From: Microthyrium microscopicum
Lineage: Eukaryota
Reading direction: 5' to 3'
NCBI GenBank assembly: GCA_010405405.1
Contig: MU004237.1
Coordinates: 1,189,345 to 1,253,344 of the forward strand
Length of the DNA stretch: 64,000 nt
How positions within the stretch are numbered: the stretch's first letter is position 1; the number at the start of each line of letters is the position of its first letter. A program made the position numbers and the translations under genes. Shown here piece after piece: positions 11,321 through 24,793 of this stretch. Below the pieces are notes generated by a model that saw nothing but the letters and a program-made list of their open reading frames with translations, ran no database searches and was not told the origin of the DNA.

Positions 11321-13649
11321 CTATCGACGTCTGACTGGTGGCGCCGGCTCAAATGCGTCTTCATCATCATCAATGCCATCATCGCTAATCTCAACCACTT
11401 TCTTCTGGGCCGCCGCGCGTCTTGAAGGTGCCCGCGTGCTGGTCTGGCTCGAAAAGTCTAGTGTTCCCTGCTTCATACGACTCGCCGCTGCCGTTGCCAC
11501 CTTTCCACGTGCTGATGGTGTCTTGGTTTTTGTTGCTGGTCTAGCTGCTGGTGCTGCACGACGCTCGCTGACGAACAAATCTTCCTCCTCCTCTTCATCG
11601 TCGTTGATGACCATGTCGGCGTCAGATTCTTCATCCTCGTCTTCTTCGTCATCGATGAATGCTTGAGCTTTCTTGCGACCGCGAACAGGCGCCGCTGGCT
11701 TTTTGGCTGCAGCGGTGGTAGTTTTGCGTGTTGACGCAGCAGCGCCTGCGCGACCACCACGACTGCCACGACCGCGTCCACGGCCTCGAGCAGTTATTCT
11801 AGCTGGCGGAGGAGCTGGTTCAGCGTCGAGCATCTCGTCATCGCTGCCTTGCTCTTCATTTGAGATCATGGCGGCGGGGTTATCTTCCCAGTGGCCTTGC
11901 TCGTCGCTGTCCCAGTCGTCGGGCTTCTCCTTGAAACGACCAGTACTACGCGGAAGGCGAGAATGACCATTGGCGAAAACCTCCTTCATCTTAGCCTTTT
12001 GTTGATCTATCATTGCGTCGAGGTGGTCCATGTCGATCTTGTCTCCGTGAGTAAAGTTCTTCTCCAGATCCTCGATTGCTGTCTCGACCGTGCTTTTCAC
12101 ATATTCTTTGATGGCTGTGTATTCGACCTGACCAATGTATCGATTTATGGTGTCGGCAAGAGAGTTTTCGGGAAAGACAGATAACTCTTGGGCGAGTAAA
12201 AACTCGCGAACCATATCTTCCACCTTTACGTTGACAGGATCAAGGCTCAGACTCGCAATGACTTCTTCATCAGGCTCATCAGCGTCTTCTTTACTCCGTC
12301 GGGCGGCTTTTTTCTTTTGGTGATAGAGAATGACATCGTCGTGGTTGGCAATCTTTTCAATGTACTCGTTTGTAATGCGCCGCGCATTTTCACAATCGTA
12401 TGTACCTCCTTCAGCAGGTGCTGTGTAATCAACACGCAGTCGAATCAGTGGAAGTGGTGGTATCATATCCTCCTCATGAGCGTCTTCAAGATCATCGCCT
12501 TGTAGGTCAACCCACTTCTGGTTGGCTTCCTCGATCATCTCATCAATAACCTTTTTGAGATAACGTGAAATTTCGGCTCGGTTTCCAGTCTTTTTGGCCA
12601 GCTTCTTGGTCGGCGCTTCTTTCGCCAATGCAATGTCTCTCATCACAAAGGGACGGACACTCTTTAGCCGTATAGGGTCATATTTGAAGTCCTTTCCTGT
12701 GACACTAAGAACGCCAATATGTTTGTCTATGGCTTCACCTGGCATCAACTGGGTTGCAATAGAGGAACCAGGCTGCAGCACTTCAAACCCTTGTGCTGCA
12801 TTGTGTACAGGCGCAGTATTGCAATCATGCTCATGTCCCCATATGACTAGCTGGAGCCAGTCGGGAAGGAAGTCCTCTGGTAAATAGCCTGTCGGCGTTC
12901 TCGCGTGGTGGTTTTGGTGAACGACGAGAAGATTGAACCAGTTGTCTTTTTGGATACTTGGCTGGAAGAATTTGACGTTATTATGGCGAAATTCTCGAAA
13001 TAATCGCTCATCACGAACGTTACTCAAGCCGAACATGGCAAGTTTCGTACGACCTTTTTGAAGGAGTATTGGTTTGACTTCAATATTGTCGTTTTTTGGT
13101 ACTCGGCCAAAATAGTTTATTAGTCCGGTCTCCTGTAGAACGTCGAGAGCACAATAGTACTCGCTGCCCGTGGGCTCATCATGATTACCGTGTATTGAGA
13201 AAACAGGTATAGCAACGTTGATATCTTGATCTTCATAATTGACATGATCAAACATCCTGGAGCATATATTAGACCATTTAAAAAACGAACAGTCCTTATA
13301 CTTACCCGCCAAAGACCTCGCTACCATCGCCCAGAAACTCAAGCTCGCATGGTTTGTCACCAAGGCAATTCATCCTTAAGCTCTTGATGACATTGACCAT
13401 GCTTTTCCGGCTAGGTGTATGTTTGTCGAAAAGGTCTCCTCCAAGCAAGACCATATCGACGTCTCTTTCTTTCGCATGGGTCATGACTTCGTGAAAAGTT
13501 TTCCAGGAATCATCACCTCGCACTGGATGATCTTCTTGGTAGCCGACATGATTGTCTGTGGCAATCAAAATCCGGATGGTATCAGTTTCTGAGAGCATGT
13601 TAGCAGGAGTAGGCAGCGAGTGCATGGGAGGCGTACTTGACGAAGTCAT
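11321..13649 (-). CDS. MRE11: Double-strand break repair nuclease Mre11
   Basis: Exons 13649-13637, 13588-13306 and 13256-11321. Phosphoesterase motifs [34 protein letters not shown]-rich (GAR) and acidic C-terminus. Confidence 0.97.
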
Positions 13650-13731
13650 GATGCGGTCTGCGCGATAGTGGATAAAAAACCAGCTCCACCAGCTTTGCAG
13701 AGAAAGTTGAAAGCACTTTCAAGAGTAACAA

Positions 13732-13737
13732 ACGCGT
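13732..13737. promoter_or_regulatory. MCB element in the MRE11/RSM19 divergent promoter
   Basis: ACGCGT about 83 bp upstream of the MRE11 ATG, with further CGCG cores at about 13774-13788. Confidence 0.5.
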
Positions 13738-13919
13738 TGTTCGGGAAAAAGTTGAGGGTGACACGTCAAACCTCGCGAGGCAGACGCGCATTCAGGTGAT
13801 GTCGTCGGGAGGCTGCACCAATTAGCGCGCCCAATTTAGACTAGGTCGATTTCTCCATCTGACCTCAAATCTTGCATCCTTTGAAAGATGATGAAGTTGA
13901 AGCACTCAACATAAGCGCA

Positions 13920-14364
13920 ATGTTTCCGACAAGGGTGCTCCTGAAGCGCTCAATCTGGAAAGGTATGATCAAATGAAATCTCCACAGTTGAAATCGCAAT
14001 TCTAACAGCGTTGCAGGTCCTAATATTCTACCGTAAGCAAACTCCCTCAATTAGCAAAGCACTGAATTGATTTGCCTTGAACAGACTCCCTATCCCTCGT
14101 ATACAACCTGGACAAACGCCGCCTATAATAAAGACTCAAGCCCGGGCTGCGACGATTCTACCTAGCTTTGTTGGACTACGGTTTGCTGTACACAATGGCA
14201 AGGACTACATTGAGTTCTTGGTAACGGAGGAGATGGTTGGACACAAACTAGGAGAATTCTCAATGTAAGAATCGAAGCTGGGTATCCAACTCCTTATGTC
14301 TCAATACTGATCATTTCACAGGACGCGGAAACCTTTCAAATATTCTCAATCGAAGAATCGCTAG
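13920..14364 (+). CDS. RSM19: Mitochondrial ribosomal protein S19 (uS19m)
   Basis: Four exons give [25 protein letters not shown]...[26 protein letters not shown]...[24 protein letters not shown]; uS19 signature present. Confidence 0.93.
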
Positions 14365-14608
14365 CTTATGGGTCAAAAGCTCAGCTGCACATATGATGAA
14401 GATCAATGTAATATCACATTAGCAGGCGTTTGGGTGGGAGTAATAGTATTGATACAGCGCCAACGCGCTTTCACACGTTGATAGTACAATTTCCAATGCA
14501 TCTGATCGTCCATGGTATATATTCCCAGACTTCTGGGCCACCAAAACGCCGTGAAATGCAACATGCCATGAAGTCAAGAAGAACAAACAAATCTACCAGC
14601 ATATGTCA

Positions 14609-15349
14609 TCATCGATAGAATTCACCTCGTCGGACGTTCACGCCGAACTCTCCTACAGCCATTCCCAAGTCTTCCATCGTCAACACCGTCCGACCAGCTG
14701 TAGCGCCAGTTCCGCCGCCGCCAAAGCCTGGTCGCTGAGTTCCAAGGTTGGCGTTCTTGCCCTTGTCTCCTTTGTCCGCTGCGCCGGCCTTTTCTGCGCC
14801 AGGCGCTCCAGGTATCGCGGCTGGCATGCCGGCCATGACAGGATTAGACGATGATGTGTTGTTTGCGCGTATTCTCGAGTATTGATATGCGTCGGCAGCA
14901 ACATCCGCGATGAACTTCTGAGTTGCCAGTGCTAAGAGTCGCGCGAGTGGAAGAGGAGTCGCTGGAGGTGGTGGCAGACCAGCGAGGGTGAGATAGTAGT
15001 TGATGACGGCATCGGGAATCTTTGCAGAGTTAGTGATACTTCATCACCCGATGAGGGAAATCATCAGCCTTACAATAGGCGCATGGTCGTCCATCTTTGC
15101 GATGAACTCCCTCAGAGTCGCATCCTTCTTTGATGGAATCTTGGCCTCCATGAGAGCAGCTTCTTGGGCTTCGGCAGTTTGCATGGTAGCGTCGGGAATG
15201 GTATCTTGGCTCTGAGTGTTGACAGCGGCTTTGTCTCCAGTCCCATTCATTTCAGTGTCGACACTTGTGTCTGCTGTGGTCGCGACTTCTGTTTGGGTGG
15301 GATTCGCGGTAGCAGGAGGTGACACGACGGGTTTAGTTTCGTCGGCCAT
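14609..15349 (-). CDS. TAF10: TFIID/SAGA subunit Taf10
   Basis: Exons 15349-15074 and 15019-14609. Motifs [42 protein letters not shown] and [25 protein letters not shown]. Confidence 0.95.
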
Positions 15350-15920
15350 GTTGGGTGGTCGCACTGAGGTAGTGACTTCCGTATCCAATGGTTTGGTAGC
15401 GAATGTTGTGAGTAGCGCGCAGGGCGAAGTGACAGGTATTATTGTCCTGTTACCACATCGATGTCTAAGACTCTACTGTAGAGAGACTATGGCGCACGGA
15501 CCGATATTTCGCTCACGTGACTATGATTTCCTATCGATATCTTGGTGAAAACCGTGAAATCTACGTATACATTGTGAGAATAGATTTAAGCACTCAGTAG
15601 CTCTTTGCGTTCATTGAGTGTCATGAGAAGTATCCCGAATTCTGATATGCGGAACTTGTCTAGGAAGTCGCAGCCTTAAAGCTGGGGAAGCACAAAGCAC
15701 CGCGGGGCATCTAGGCTCGGAGTCGGAAAATCTCACGGAGCTTCGCTTGCTCCTAAATCTTGGCATCAACATCACCCTTAACCTTAGCTTAGCTACTCCC
15801 GCCGTGAGCCTGAATACGGCTGCCTCCAGGTCGACTCTCCCCATCTTCCCGCCTCCTTCGCTGTGGTTCTGCCGATTGACTCGATATTTCACGAGCTTAC
15901 AACATTCTACATCATCAATC

Positions 15921-17724
15921 ATGGCGCTACAAACCCCCGCCGTTGTCATGGACAAGTAAGTCATACCATGCGGGGAGCTTCCATATTGCGACTATCATTC
16001 TAACTTCTTTGCAATAGCGGCACCGGTTATTCCAAACTAGGTTCGTCGAATTGATATTCCACCCGACCAGATCGTTTCTCATTGCCTCATAGGTTTCGCC
16101 GGAAACGATTCGCCATCTTTCGTTTTTCCCACCGCCATTGCGACGAGAGGAGGTCCTGCCGGTGGTGGGGGATCAGGATCAGGTCGTCCTGCTGTCGCGA
16201 ACAAGCCCTCATTTCTTACTGGTGGTGCCGGTCCAGGAGGTCATCTGTCAGCGAAGCGGGGCACTGAGGACTTGGACTTTTACATTGGAGACGAAGCTCT
16301 TGCGGCCGCTGCGGGACCTGGTGAGTGTTTGCGGGAAACTCTGGATATGGATAGACGAGTTTCTAGAAAGCGTAGAGATAGTCAAATGACTAATACTGAT
16401 AGGTTATGGAATCCACTATCCCATTCGCCATGGCCAGATAGAGAACTGGGTAAGTTTTATCGTGCTCTGGAAACATTTGGAAACCTATCAGAGTTAACTT
16501 TTTATCGTAGGATCATATGGAACGATTCTGGTCGAACTCTATTTTCAAATACCTTCGAGTGGAACCAGAAGACCATTACTTTCTCCTAACTGAACCGGTA
16601 GGCCTTTTTCCAAGTGTTTCGCTCGGTAGGATGACGTGCTGACCCCAGGTTGTTTAGCCTTTGAATCCACCGGAAAACAGAGAGAATACTGCAGAGATCA
16701 TGTTTGAATCGTTCAACTGCGCTGGATTATACATAGCAGTTCAGGCGGTATTAGCGCTAGCTGCTTCTTGGACCTCGTCAAAGGTTCAAGATAGATCTCT
16801 GACCGGCACGGTGATCGACTCTGGAGAAGGTGTGACCCACGTGATTCCAGTAGCAGAGGGATATGTGATAGGATCCTCGATCAAATCCATTCCCATCGCA
16901 GGCCGAGACATTACACACTTCGTCCAGTCGCTATTACGAGACAGAGGCGAGCCAGATAGCAGTCTTAAAACTGCTGAAAGAATCAAGGAGGAGTTCTGTT
17001 ACGTGTGTCCAGACATTGTCAAGGAATTCGCTCGGTTTGATCGTGAACCAGATCGGTTTGCCAAGCATACAGTTAACTATCCAAACGGCAAGTCGGCCAT
17101 TGTCGACGTCGGATACGAAAGATTTCTAGCACCAGAGATTTTCTTTAATCCGGAGATCTACTCATCGGATTTCCTCACACCCCTGCCTACGATCGTTGAT
17201 ACAGTTATTCAGACGTCTCCGATCGATGTCAGACGAGGATTATACAAAAACATTGTTCTCTCAGGAGGTTCGACACTGTACAAGGATTTCGGTCGTAGAC
17301 TGCAGCGCGATATCAGACACCTCGTTGATGCGCGGATCCGCGCCAGCGAGCTTCGAAGTGGAGGTGCCAAATCCGGCGGTTTGGAAGTGCAAGTGATTAC
17401 ACACAAGCGCCAAAGACACGGTCCTTGGTTTGGTGGCTCTCTACTAGGCCAAACACCTGAATTCAGAAGTTACTGTCATAGTAAGTTTTCCCTTCGCATG
17501 TTTTGACCATTTTGGCATTTGTTTGGAGAGCGCATAATAGTAGCTCATATAACGCTTACCACTGGCTTCATGGCATAAACAAGCGATGACGACGACCGTG
17601 ATTTATTGCATGAACAATGTTTGCTAACTCCAATTTCCTCTTTCTAGCCAAAGCAGAGTACGACGAGATCGGACCTTCCATAGTCCGACGATTTGCGCTT
17701 TTGGGTGGGCCTGGCAGTACATGA
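15921..17724 (+). CDS. ARP3: Actin-related protein 3 (Arp2/3 complex)
   Basis: Exons 15921-15955, 16018-16040, 16093-16320, 16403-16449, 16511-16597, 16658-17480 and 17648-17724. [32 protein letters not shown]-terminal [15 protein letters not shown]. Confidence 0.97.
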
Positions 17725-20700
17725 TGATCAACTGCATCAAAAACTCCAAATTCCTGGAAACCGTTCAGAAAAAAACATGGAGCGCCTCATGTCGGCGCCC
17801 ACGTCCTTGTAACCTTTCACATGTCTCAGCTGTAAGTATGTCACTAGAATTACTACAACTACAGATAAGCAAACAGCGGTATTGGCCCACGTCAATTCTT
17901 TCCATGGGTGAAATCCTGAGGTGCATTAGGCAATGCGTCTGCTTTCAGACTGTCGTCATGCTCTTTGGCCTTCTTTCGGTTGGAGATCAAGTGTCACGGG
18001 CTTCGGATCAGGCCTTGTTGGGCGGGAATTGGTGCTGGTGTCGCTCCAACACTTTTCAAGCATGGTCCATGTCACTCCATCCCTGGACTGAATTGACATG
18101 GGTGTTTTCGGTCATGGGGAACAAGAAAAAGCGTGGTGAACGGTTTAAAGTGTCTGGAGATATTGTTTGGCTTGTCTTTGCCAGTGGAGCAGTTCCGGCA
18201 AGGCAAATCGGCAGCTAGTTTGAATTCGCTTGTTTTGTGTTTCTTGCTACTGTTCCATTAGGAGCTATAAGTCGCTAAAGAGAACATTAATGTTTACAAA
18301 TTCTCCGAAACACCACACGAGAACTACATTCTGGTCAAATGCTTCTCGCTTTCGGCACAACAGAATTGCGCACACTCGGTACCGCACTGCAAATGTTATC
18401 AACCGCTACTATACCTACTAGCCAGCGATTCCATATCCTGACATGCAAATCAGTTCCTCAAGACATTGCCCCAGAACGACGACCGTGAGCCTCAACAAAT
18501 CGCCTGTCACATATTCATCTATCCCCAGCCCTCTTCGTTGCACTATCCCACGTGTGAAGCAACGCTAACACCAGGTTATTGGACTAGAAATAACCAAGAT
18601 CGCCAATACATAACATCATAACTCGTCAATGCTATTATTGCGCAACCAGCTAACCACAGAGAAGATGTTCCAGCCTTGTTTGTTTCTGTTTCCACGCGGA
18701 TTGATTGGCTGGGGTAATCTTGAGACGAGTGGCCAGCGGTTCTGATGTGAAACTTGCTTTTGAAGATGTCAAACAGAACTAATGTAATAACGCGAATTCT
18801 GTTATATGTTGCACGCATTCCTCACAAACTTACTGCTTGCACTCCATCGGATTTGTTTTCATTGGGGAACCGATGACTGTTGACTTTACAACTCTGCGAT
18901 TTTTACCATTTCGCGATATGATCATGGCGTGTCGCTGTTTTTACAACACCGACTCTATACGCAAGCTGTATCCACAGCATCGCAGTTGTTGACAACAACT
19001 GTAACAGATAAACGACTGCCTGTGGCAGTGTGGCTAAGTAAAGGAAAAAAAGTCTGGGGAAAAAAGCTTTTTAGATTTGTCTTACCTGTCCTTCGCCACC
19101 ACTTACCTGGCCAGTTCCAGTATACACCTGGGAGTATCAATATACGTACAGTCTGGAGATACCAAAGAATAGCGTGGCAAAGGCTGCTGATGGATAGTGC
19201 TTGATCGACACTGTCAGGCCATGCTGGGGAGATATTTGACCACTATGACTTGATCTGTTATTTGCTTTCGAGAGCACGGGATACGTGCTGGTATGCGCTG
19301 CTAGGCATATGATTTTAAATACCGCATGTTCAAGTATGCGCTGTGATTCTCTAGTCATCGCTGTGGTTAGCTTGATAGAGGTCGAGAACAGTTGCTGAGC
19401 AAGGGTGTTGCCATTGTTCACTATCCTCGCGCTTTGATATTTTAAAGGCGACGAAAAGGAGGGTGTGAATTCAGCTGCATGTGGTATATGCGCCTGCAGA
19501 ATTCAAAATTGACTTGTATCTGGAATGTCAGTCTGGATTACCCAGGGGGGCGAGTAGAAAAAAAGGTAAATTATTCTGATGTAGATTGCGAAAAATGCGC
19601 ATAGATCAGTTGCTGGATTCTAAAGTGATGGGCCTTCGGCCGGGATGATGGGCAAGCGAAATATACTTGGTCAGATGGTGTGCGTGGTGGATCCCTGAAT
19701 GAAGTGCAATATAGACAGTGGAGCGTGTAAAGGGTGCGTGTACGGGATCTGAGGCGAGGATTTGTATTGCGAAAGCAGAGCAAAGACGACAGAGCTTCTT
19801 TGCGCTGGGTGTGGTGTGGCAGCGGACCCGCTTGGGCTTGATGGAGGTCTGCGCTGTGTGGTGATTTAATTTACTGCTTTCAATGGTCAGAGAGAGTGCA
19901 TGGTGTTGTAGTGGTTCCTGGAGCAAGAGAGATGCAGGTTGCTGTCCAGGTGTGTCCAATTGGGAATTTGAGATGGAGTTGGAACTCGAGAGATGGTGGA
20001 TGTGGCTGGGCCTTCGCCTCATGCCGAACTTTGTATCTGACACCTCCACGTTCACACGCCCAACGATCATCGCCGGGTCTGAAACATCTAGCGCTGAAGC
20101 GTTTCCTAGAGACATTCAGATGCGAACATGGCTTTCAACGGCTATCCCTTGGGAAAGACAGGATGACCCAGAGCCAGCTGCAAATCGGCATCGGGTAATG
20201 GGATCTTTTGGGGGTACATGAAGTTTGGCATCAATATTGCGGCTGCACTCTGGCAAAGTCGCAAGTTGTAACTGCAGCATTGCTTGTACCGCTGTCTACT
20301 CCGAACACCCAACGTCAACTCCGGCAGATTATGCCAGGCACCCCAGACGTTGGAGATGCAGGTCCCTGGCTGGAATGCTCTCTTGATCGGAAAAGGCGTA
20401 TGCGCATCACTCGAGCATTTGCAAGGGGCCCTGAACAGGCACGAGGCACAAGCTCTTTTTTCTTTTTCCTGCCGAGCACTTATTACAGGTGGATACCGTG
20501 AGATGGTTTTCAATGCAACGCCGACATTGCATGCAGTTGGGTGGTATTCTTGGAGCATTAGTTCTCTGCAAAAAGATTGGCATTACTGGCAACAATCAAT
20601 CCAACAATGCAAAAAAGTCTCGTGCCATGGAAGTGGTAACGGTGACGGCCAGCAAGAGCAGACGACAAACGGTGGTATCAGCACAGAGCTTGGCCAGCGT

Positions 20701-23005
20701 TCTCCATGCTTTAATCCAGGACGAAGCGTCTAGATAGAGGGCGGCTATTTGATCATGATGTGTCTGGCATAACTGGTAAGTTACATAGTTAATGGACTGC
20801 TGTAAAGTAATGGCAGGCAGCGTCATGGCAGGCAGATAGATTGGGTTGCCGTCCGTCTGTGCAGCGCTGGCAAATGGAGTTGAAGCAGTAAATTATGGCT
20901 CAATTATGGGGGTGTGATCCGTGGCAAGAAATCAAAATGAAATCAATCGCTGTAAAATATGGAGACTGGTCTTCCGCCAGACCGGCCATCAATGAATATT
21001 GCGGTGCACAGTTTGACACTTGATTTAAGCATACAGCAGTATTCTCCAGGGTCAAGGGTGCGCATGGAGTATCTGGGAGCTTCCAGAGACCAGAGTGGCA
21101 GAGTTATAGAGTGTCAAGAGATGATGATCTCAATTGGCCCCTGTCTGTACAAGTAATATACTCTATTGCTGGATCCATTTCCAAGGTTGAGCGAGTGGTA
21201 GAGTGATCTTGATGTCGAGGTTGTTAAGAAGTGGCTCCCGCTGTTGCTTAACATAAACTTAGGGCTCGACAGTTTATGGACGCTTTCTGCAGTTTGTTTT
21301 TACCTTGAACCTTCTATCGCGTCTTAGGTGTTGTTGTTTTGTATCATCAGAATTTATACTGCAGTTTATACTACCATCCACGACACATCTGGTCCTTGAA
21401 GGAGTTGACAGTTGACACTGCAGACTGCAGCTGAAGCTATCACCATTCTGGAGTAGCATTTCTGCAGTGCAGGCCACCTTGCTTTTACCTGTACCTGTAC
21501 GGCAGACACCACACAGCCGGACCAACTCCACAAACATATCGCCCCTCCAAAGCCTTGCAAGTCTCTCTACTCCCTGCTTGTCCGCGTGTGGGAAAAGAGT
21601 TTCGCAATCGACACCTGCAGCCACCAAAAGCCTCCCGGATCTGTCAGACGAGGGGTGTGTCTCTGCTTCTGGCTTTCCATTCCTTCTGCCTCGCTTGACT
21701 GGTTCGCTGGGCCTCGCTACACATTGGGTTCTGTGAGCTCACTGGCTACACCCAGGTGACATCAACTCAACACCACATCGATTCTAATCCAAGTCCAGCC
21801 TCAATTCCCCACGACTAGGAAGAGCGCCACCAGATCTAAGATCTCAACCGTTTTTCCTTTTCTGAAATATTCCGCCCGTTTTGTTTCAACCGCTAAGCGT
21901 TCTCGAATTCCAAGGGCTTGTCCGCCAACTCGCTGCATCTCTATCTGGTCAAGGCCATTGACACTCTAGTAACCCCAGCAGGCTAGGTGGTGTGCATCTC
22001 TCTATCAAGCCTCGATACAAACTCCTACTTCTGACGGCCTATTCAGACTTGGACAGTTAAGAAAGGACCTGCCAATAACATAGGGTTTATTTGCAAGCAG
22101 TCGGCCCGCACCTCGCATCTAGCCAACGACAGGTAGTTCTGCCTCGCGTTTTGAGATCCTGAGTTTGCCGGTTGTCTCACAATATTCCAGATCGTTTATC
22201 CCCCTCGACGCCCGTTTCGCCGACCGGACTGTCTCAGAAACTCTCAAGTTGGCTTCACAATCCAAATTCTCCCAGCAGCTACCGAGCTGTGCTTGAAGCT
22301 CGCCTGTGGCAGCTATCGGCACTCCCTCAGGCCCTTGTCGACGGCCTGAACCAGCCTGCACACCTACCCAGGTAAAAGGTATACTCAACTCTGACTTCAA
22401 CTTCTCCATCCAAAACCCTCCCACCAGAGCGGCTTGAGCCGAACTTGGACCACCCTACTTTATTCGGAGCACCCAGCTCGTGACTATTAGTCTCCAAGCT
22501 TCTAGCAATTCCAGGGAGTTGCGCTGTGGCCTCCTCTTGCCCAAAGGTATTCAAATCCTCCCGAGTCTGTTCCAAAAATCACTGTTCCCAATCGCTGCTT
22601 CTGGTCATGCAAAACGTCGCTTACTGCAGACATACATGACACTCATCCTGTTTGCATCAACTACAAGAGCCTCATCCTCCCACTCGTCTGTTGCCATTCT
22701 CGATTAGAACATTCACTAAAACCCTCTTGGTGCTTCAGTTACTCCTACTCCTGCACGTTTACTACCTATAGCAACTTCGCCTAAATAAACTTGTCTCCCA
22801 GTCGGAACTTCAAGAAACAGACCTTAGCGCCCTCCACCAACCACTTCTCAAAGTTTCCTTAAACTTGTTGAAAGAAGCTTTCCTTTTCCAACAACTCTCT
22901 CTCTCAACTCCAGCTTCCCTAATTGACAGCTTTCAAAGCAACCTCCGGCCCGCACCCTTTGTTTTTCAGGGCATAGCATGAGATAGCACTTGCCCAATTG
23001 GTAAT

Positions 23006-24793
23006 ATGGAATCTGTCGCCATGGGCCGCCTCTATTCTTTCGGAAGACCAGACAAGATGTCTGTACCCGTTCACACTCCACCATCACCACCTGAAGTCAA
23101 GTACGATAACGACTTCTCTCTTGGACCCTACTATGCACACTACTGGTCTCTTGTAGGAGGCACCATTGAACATGATGGTGTACCAATTGCTGCCAACGGC
23201 AGCTATATCAGTCCATATGGATCATCGGCTCCACCATCAGAGCCATTCTTCACAGTACAAGATCCAGAACTCCCTGTTCTAGAGGATGTTCCCTGGCAAG
23301 CGAACTGTGGAGATTCTCTCTTCACACATTCCCGATCAACTTCATACGCACCAGTAACAGAAACCAGCCCATATACACCACCCATGGATGGAAGCGTCTG
23401 GAACCACTACGGATCGCAAGATGCTACACTTCAACTTCAGAGCTTACCAAGCTTGGAAAACCTCGCCAACCAAATACTAAACACTCTCTTGAGCGGTACT
23501 ACCCACGACTTCATCGACACCATCAGCTCGCCCCATAGCTCCGACAAAGGCCAAGCATATGCCACGGTCGAAGCACTATTCGAACAACAGAAGCGCCTTT
23601 TCACCCGAGGACGTATATTTATTGAAACAAACAACCTTCACATGGGCTCTCCAGCTTTCCTTCGCGTCGCAAGAAAATCTAATCTTGCTACCTTCGTCTC
23701 TCTCATCTTCCGTGGCCAGGATATTCCATTCTTGGAACTAGATCAACACTTCCTCGATCTCTTCATGCCAAATGGCTCGCGCCTGCTTAAGGCTGAGGGA
23801 AACATGTGGCTGGAGCTTAAGACGCAAGCCTACATCTCCATGATGATGAATGGCGCAAATAGAGATGATCTTTTGGAAAAGCTGTTCCCTAGAGATCTGC
23901 AAAATGCTATCACCCGGCGACGACCAGAGCCAACACATTTGGCACCAAATGAGATTGATTTCCTCAACCGCATTGCTAACAGACGCGACAAATTGGCCAA
24001 CTGGCCCGCTGATGTTTCATCGCTTTCGCAACTCAGCCAAATGTATGCGTGGAACGACTTTTTACAAGAAGTTTGGAACACTGTCCGAAAGGCAATAGAT
24101 CATCTCGAGTCTTCAAAGGATATGCATCACCTCATGTCATCGTCGATGACCGATGACCCAATCACTAAAGCCACAATTGCCGCTCACGCCGCCATCTCTG
24201 GTCACTCAAGGTCCTATTCAGCTTCAAGTACACACAGTCTCGCACCATCTATCTCCACCTATCAACCGCTTCCAGCTTACAACTTTGCCGACTCACCCAC
24301 TAGCATCGCATCGGGTCGCTCATTCCGCTCATCCGCTCCAGCATCTGCCTCTCCAACCACACCGACTAATAGTACTTCATTACCGCTCTCTTACCCTCGC
24401 ACTACGTCGCATCCAAGCAACAAAGCTTTGTCCGGGGCCCGCCGACCCAATGCGCCATCACCCCGCCGCCCATGGACCTCCGAAGAGGAGAAGGCCCTCC
24501 TAGACGGCTTAGAGCGTGTCAAGGGCCCTCATTGGAGTCAAATTCTTGCCCTTTATGGTCCCGGAGGCAGCATCAGCGAAGTCCTCAAGGACCGCAATCA
24601 AGTACAGCTTAAGGATAAAGCACGCAATCTCAAGCTCTTTTTCCTCAAGAGCGGCGTCGAAGTACCCGGCTACCTTAAGCGCGTGACTGGTGAACTACGC
24701 ACGCGCGCACCTGGTCAAGCAGCACGACGCGAACGAGAAAGAAGACGAGAAGAAGAAGAGCGCCAACAGCGTGATTCCAAGCTCGTCGTCTAG
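23006..24793 (+). CDS. Tbf1-like telomere-repeat-binding factor (TRF domain plus C-terminal telobox Myb domain)
   Basis: RKSNLATFV...LELKTQAYI TRF-like region; RRPWTSEEEKALLDGL...KDRNQVQLKDKARNLK Myb/telobox. Start could be 23006, 23021 or 23057. Confidence 0.85.
   Translation: MESVAMGRLYSFGRPDKMSVPVHTPPSPPEVKYDNDFSLGPYYAHYWSLVGGTIEHDGVPIAANGSYISPYGSSAPPSEPFFTVQDPELPVLEDVPWQANCGDSLFTHSRSTSYAPVTETSPYTPPMDGSVWNHYGSQDATLQLQSLPSLENLANQILNTLLSGTTHDFIDTISSPHSSDKGQAYATVEALFEQQKRLFTRGRIFIETNNLHMGSPAFLRVARKSNLATFVSLIFRGQDIPFLELDQHFLDLFMPNGSRLLKAEGNMWLELKTQAYISMMMNGANRDDLLEKLFPRDLQNAITRRRPEPTHLAPNEIDFLNRIANRRDKLANWPADVSSLSQLSQMYAWNDFLQEVWNTVRKAIDHLESSKDMHHLMSSSMTDDPITKATIAAHAAISGHSRSYSASSTHSLAPSISTYQPLPAYNFADSPTSIASGRSFRSSAPASASPTTPTNSTSLPLSYPRTTSHPSNKALSGARRPNAPSPRRPWTSEEEKALLDGLERVKGPHWSQILALYGPGGSISEVLKDRNQVQLKDKARNLKLFFLKSGVEVPGYLKRVTGELRTRAPGQAARRERERRREEEERQQRDSKLVV

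Noticed and set aside
19606..20826. Chain of same-frame minus-strand ORFs (76, 62 and 169 aa), one Cys-rich
   Set aside because: Interrupted by several mixed stop codons (TGA, TAA, TAG), with no recognisable domain or convincing introns.
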